A stretch of 64,000 nucleotides of DNA from NCBI RefSeq assembly GCF_044704955.1, contig NC_091992.1, positions 55,180,001 through 55,244,000 of the forward strand, written 5' to 3'. The translations under genes were made by a program, and so were the position numbers. The notes under the pieces are model-generated. The model saw only the letters and a list, made by a program, of their open reading frames with translations, searched no databases and had not been told where the DNA came from. The DNA is from Pristiophorus japonicus (taxonomy: Eukaryota). Positions 61,801 to 64,000 of this stretch are shown here, one piece after another. Numbering within the stretch: the first letter of the stretch is position 1; each line of letters begins with the position of its first letter.

Positions 61801-64000
61801 GCGCGCAGTTCTGAGTCATTCCAGGGCCTGGGTGCCAGGCGAATTGCTTCTGTTTTGGACTCTGTTGGGCAGATTCCATCAGCGGCAATCCTTCTGCCCA
61901 AAAATTCAACCTCGGGTGCGAGAAACAGGCACTTGGATTTCTTGACTTGTAGGCCTACCCGATCCAACCGCTTTAGTACTTCCTCCAAATTACGGAGATG
62001 GGAGTCGGTGTCCCTGCCCGTGATAAGTATATCGTCTTGAAATACAACCATCCCCGGGATGGACTTGAGCAGACTCTCCATGTTGCGCTGGAATATGGCA
62101 GCTGCCGACCTGATGCCGAATGGGCATCGATTGTACATGAAAAGGCCTCGATGTGTGTTGATGGTGGTGAGTAGCTTGGATTCCTTGGTCAATTCTTACA
62201 TCATATACGCAGATGTGAGGTCTAATTTTGAGAAAAGTTTACCTCCAGCCAATGTGGCAAATAAGTCCTCCGCTCTGGGCAGCGGGTACTGGTCCTGTAG
62301 GGAGACTCTGTTTATGGTAGATTTGTAGTCCCAACAGATTCGTACGGATCCATCTGGCTTCATGACTGGGACGATGAGACTTGCCCAGTCGCTAAATTCC
62401 ACAGGTGATATAATGCCTTCCCGCAGAAGCCTGTCTAGTTCGTGTTCAATCTTTTCCCTCATCACATAGGGTACAGCTCTGGCCTTGTGATGGACTGGTC
62501 TAGCATCCTGTGTGATGTAGATTTTGACTTTGGCACCTTTGAAAGTGCCCACACCTGGCTGAAAGCAATGTTCAAATCGCTTTATAACTGTTGAGCAGGA
62601 GGTCCGTTCCTCTAATGACATGGCATGGACATCATCCCATTTCCAGTTTAGTTTTGCCAGCCAGCTTCTCCCCAGCAGTGCTGGGGGGTCTCCGGGGACA
62701 ATCCACAGTGGGAGTCGGTTCACTGTCCCTTTGTGTGTGACAGAGAGCATGGCGCTGCCGAGAACTGGTACGATTTCTTTGCTATAGGTCCTTAGTGTGG
62801 TGTCGACCCTTGTGAGTTTTGGTCTGTCTCTTTTATGCGGCCACAGTTGTTCAAATTGTTGAGCGCCCATGAGAGATTGACTCGCTCCCGTATCCAGCTC
62901 CATGTTGACAGATATCCCGTTGAGTAGGACCCTCATCATTATAGGAGGCGTCCTGTTGTAGGAGCAGTGGCCATTGATCGTGTTGACCCACTGTACACCG
63001 GTGTCCCGGGTACTGTCCCCACCATCTTCTGGTCCGCTTTCCGACCCATCCGATTTGTATACCAGCCGAGCTGCTGTTTTTTTGCACATACGGGCCAAAT
63101 GCCCTGTATATTCACAATTTCTGCAAACAGCCTGCTGAAATCGACATCCCCTTGCCGAGTGCCCACCCCCACACCTCCAGCACAGACCTGTTCCATTGTT
63201 CAAAGAGTTTGCAAAGAATGAGTTGCGTCTGGCTGATCTCTCTTGAGCTTCTCTCAGTTTGTAGTTGATTGCTCGCATTGTGAGTTGATGAGGTGTGAAC
63301 GGCTGTTCCTGTGGCCCTTGATGGCTTCTAACTGCTGTCGAGAACCTGTCTTCCCGGTTTTGTCTGTGCGTGGGGGTAGTAGCTTGTTTAGTGCTGTGAA
63401 CTTTTTGTTCCAATATTTCGTTAGTTGTCGTACCTTGTTTCTTCTTCCCCTACCAAGAATGTCTGTGCAACCAGTGCTGCTGCCTCTAAGGTCAGGTTCT
63501 TGGTCTTTATGAGCTTTCGGAATATGCCTGCGTGGCCTATTCCTTCAATGAAAAAGTCTCTCAGCATTTCTCTCCTCAGTTCATCGGAGAACTCACATAA
63601 ACTAGCCAACCTCCGAAGTTCCGCCACAAAGTCGGGTATACTCTGGCCCACACATCGTCTGTAGTTGTAGAACCTGTGTCTGGCCATGTGTAGGCTGGCT
63701 TCAGGTGGTCTCTTACCAGTGTGCTCAATTCTTCAAATGACTTGCTTGCTGGTTTCTCGGGTGCCAACAGATCCTTCATTAAAGCGTATGTTTTCGAGCC
63801 ACAGCTGATCAAGAGATGGGCTCTTCTCTTGTCTGCTTTATCATCGCCTAACCAGTACAAAACTTTGCTGGAGCCTTTTTATAAAGTCCTCCCAATTGTC
63901 TCCCGCATTGTACTTTTCATCTGATCCGTTGTTCGCCATTCTGTGGATTCTGTAATCCCGTAACCCGTCGCCACTGTAAAGTCCTGTCCCCTCAGTACAG
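58846..64000 (-). mobile_element. Ty3/Gypsy LTR retrotransposon; 3' LTR 58846-59093, 5' LTR from 63975 runs off the window
   Basis: PBS TGGCGACGGG; gag zinc knuckles CWRCGGGHSARGC / CRNCEYTGHLARMC; PR LDTGA; RT FQDD; RNaseH CDAS, TDHKPL; IN HHCC, HVDYAGP, SDNG; PPT 59094-59108; frameshifts and stops. Confidence 0.96.
59764..60441 (+). mobile_element. Solo LTR (678 bp) of an unrelated family inserted in the Gypsy integrase
   Basis: TGTTG...CTAACA; 4-bp TSD CCTT (59760-63, 60442-45); TATAAA about 60290, AATAAA 60368; integrase reads IIKQG|MLK across it. Confidence 0.9.

Noticed and set aside
33600-64000. RASL10B or MMP28 exons expected from mammalian synteny
   Set aside because: No recognisable small-GTPase, CaaX or hemopexin motifs seen by eye

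Overview
Repeat-dense vertebrate genomic DNA. The repeat repertoire (SacSINE1-like DeuSINEs, abundant CR1/L2, Penelope-type hairpins) points to a cartilaginous fish (shark). The only host gene I can identify firmly is the 3' half of GAS2L2 on the + strand. It has four coding exons with matching splice phases (6013-6120, 13008-13104, 17875-18184, 29013-30801), encoding the GAR domain and a long C-terminal tail with an SxIP motif ending EESWV, and a candidate poly(A) signal at 33525. One unassigned candidate exon lies on the - strand (56930-57197). The rest is heavily nested transposon debris: CR1, L2, RTE and Tx1 LINE fragments, at least three SINE types, two decayed Ty3/Gypsy proviruses with a tRNA-Ser-type PBS, five solo LTRs, a decayed PIF/Harbinger transposase, and a dozen or so CpG-rich Harbinger-type MITEs. 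I found no convincing novel protein system; most listed ORFs are repeat-derived or spurious. The notable signals are non-coding: a SINE tail supplying a GAS2L2 polypyrimidine tract, an identical branch-point 9-mer at identical spacing in two consecutive acceptors, a 262-bp inverted duplication, CTCF-consensus motifs in four short Gypsy-type LTRs, YY1-like motifs in mobile CpG islands, and a degenerate hammerhead ribozyme hairpin in the putative 3' UTR. Exon, LTR and TSD coordinates were counted by hand; boundaries of decayed repeats are approximate.
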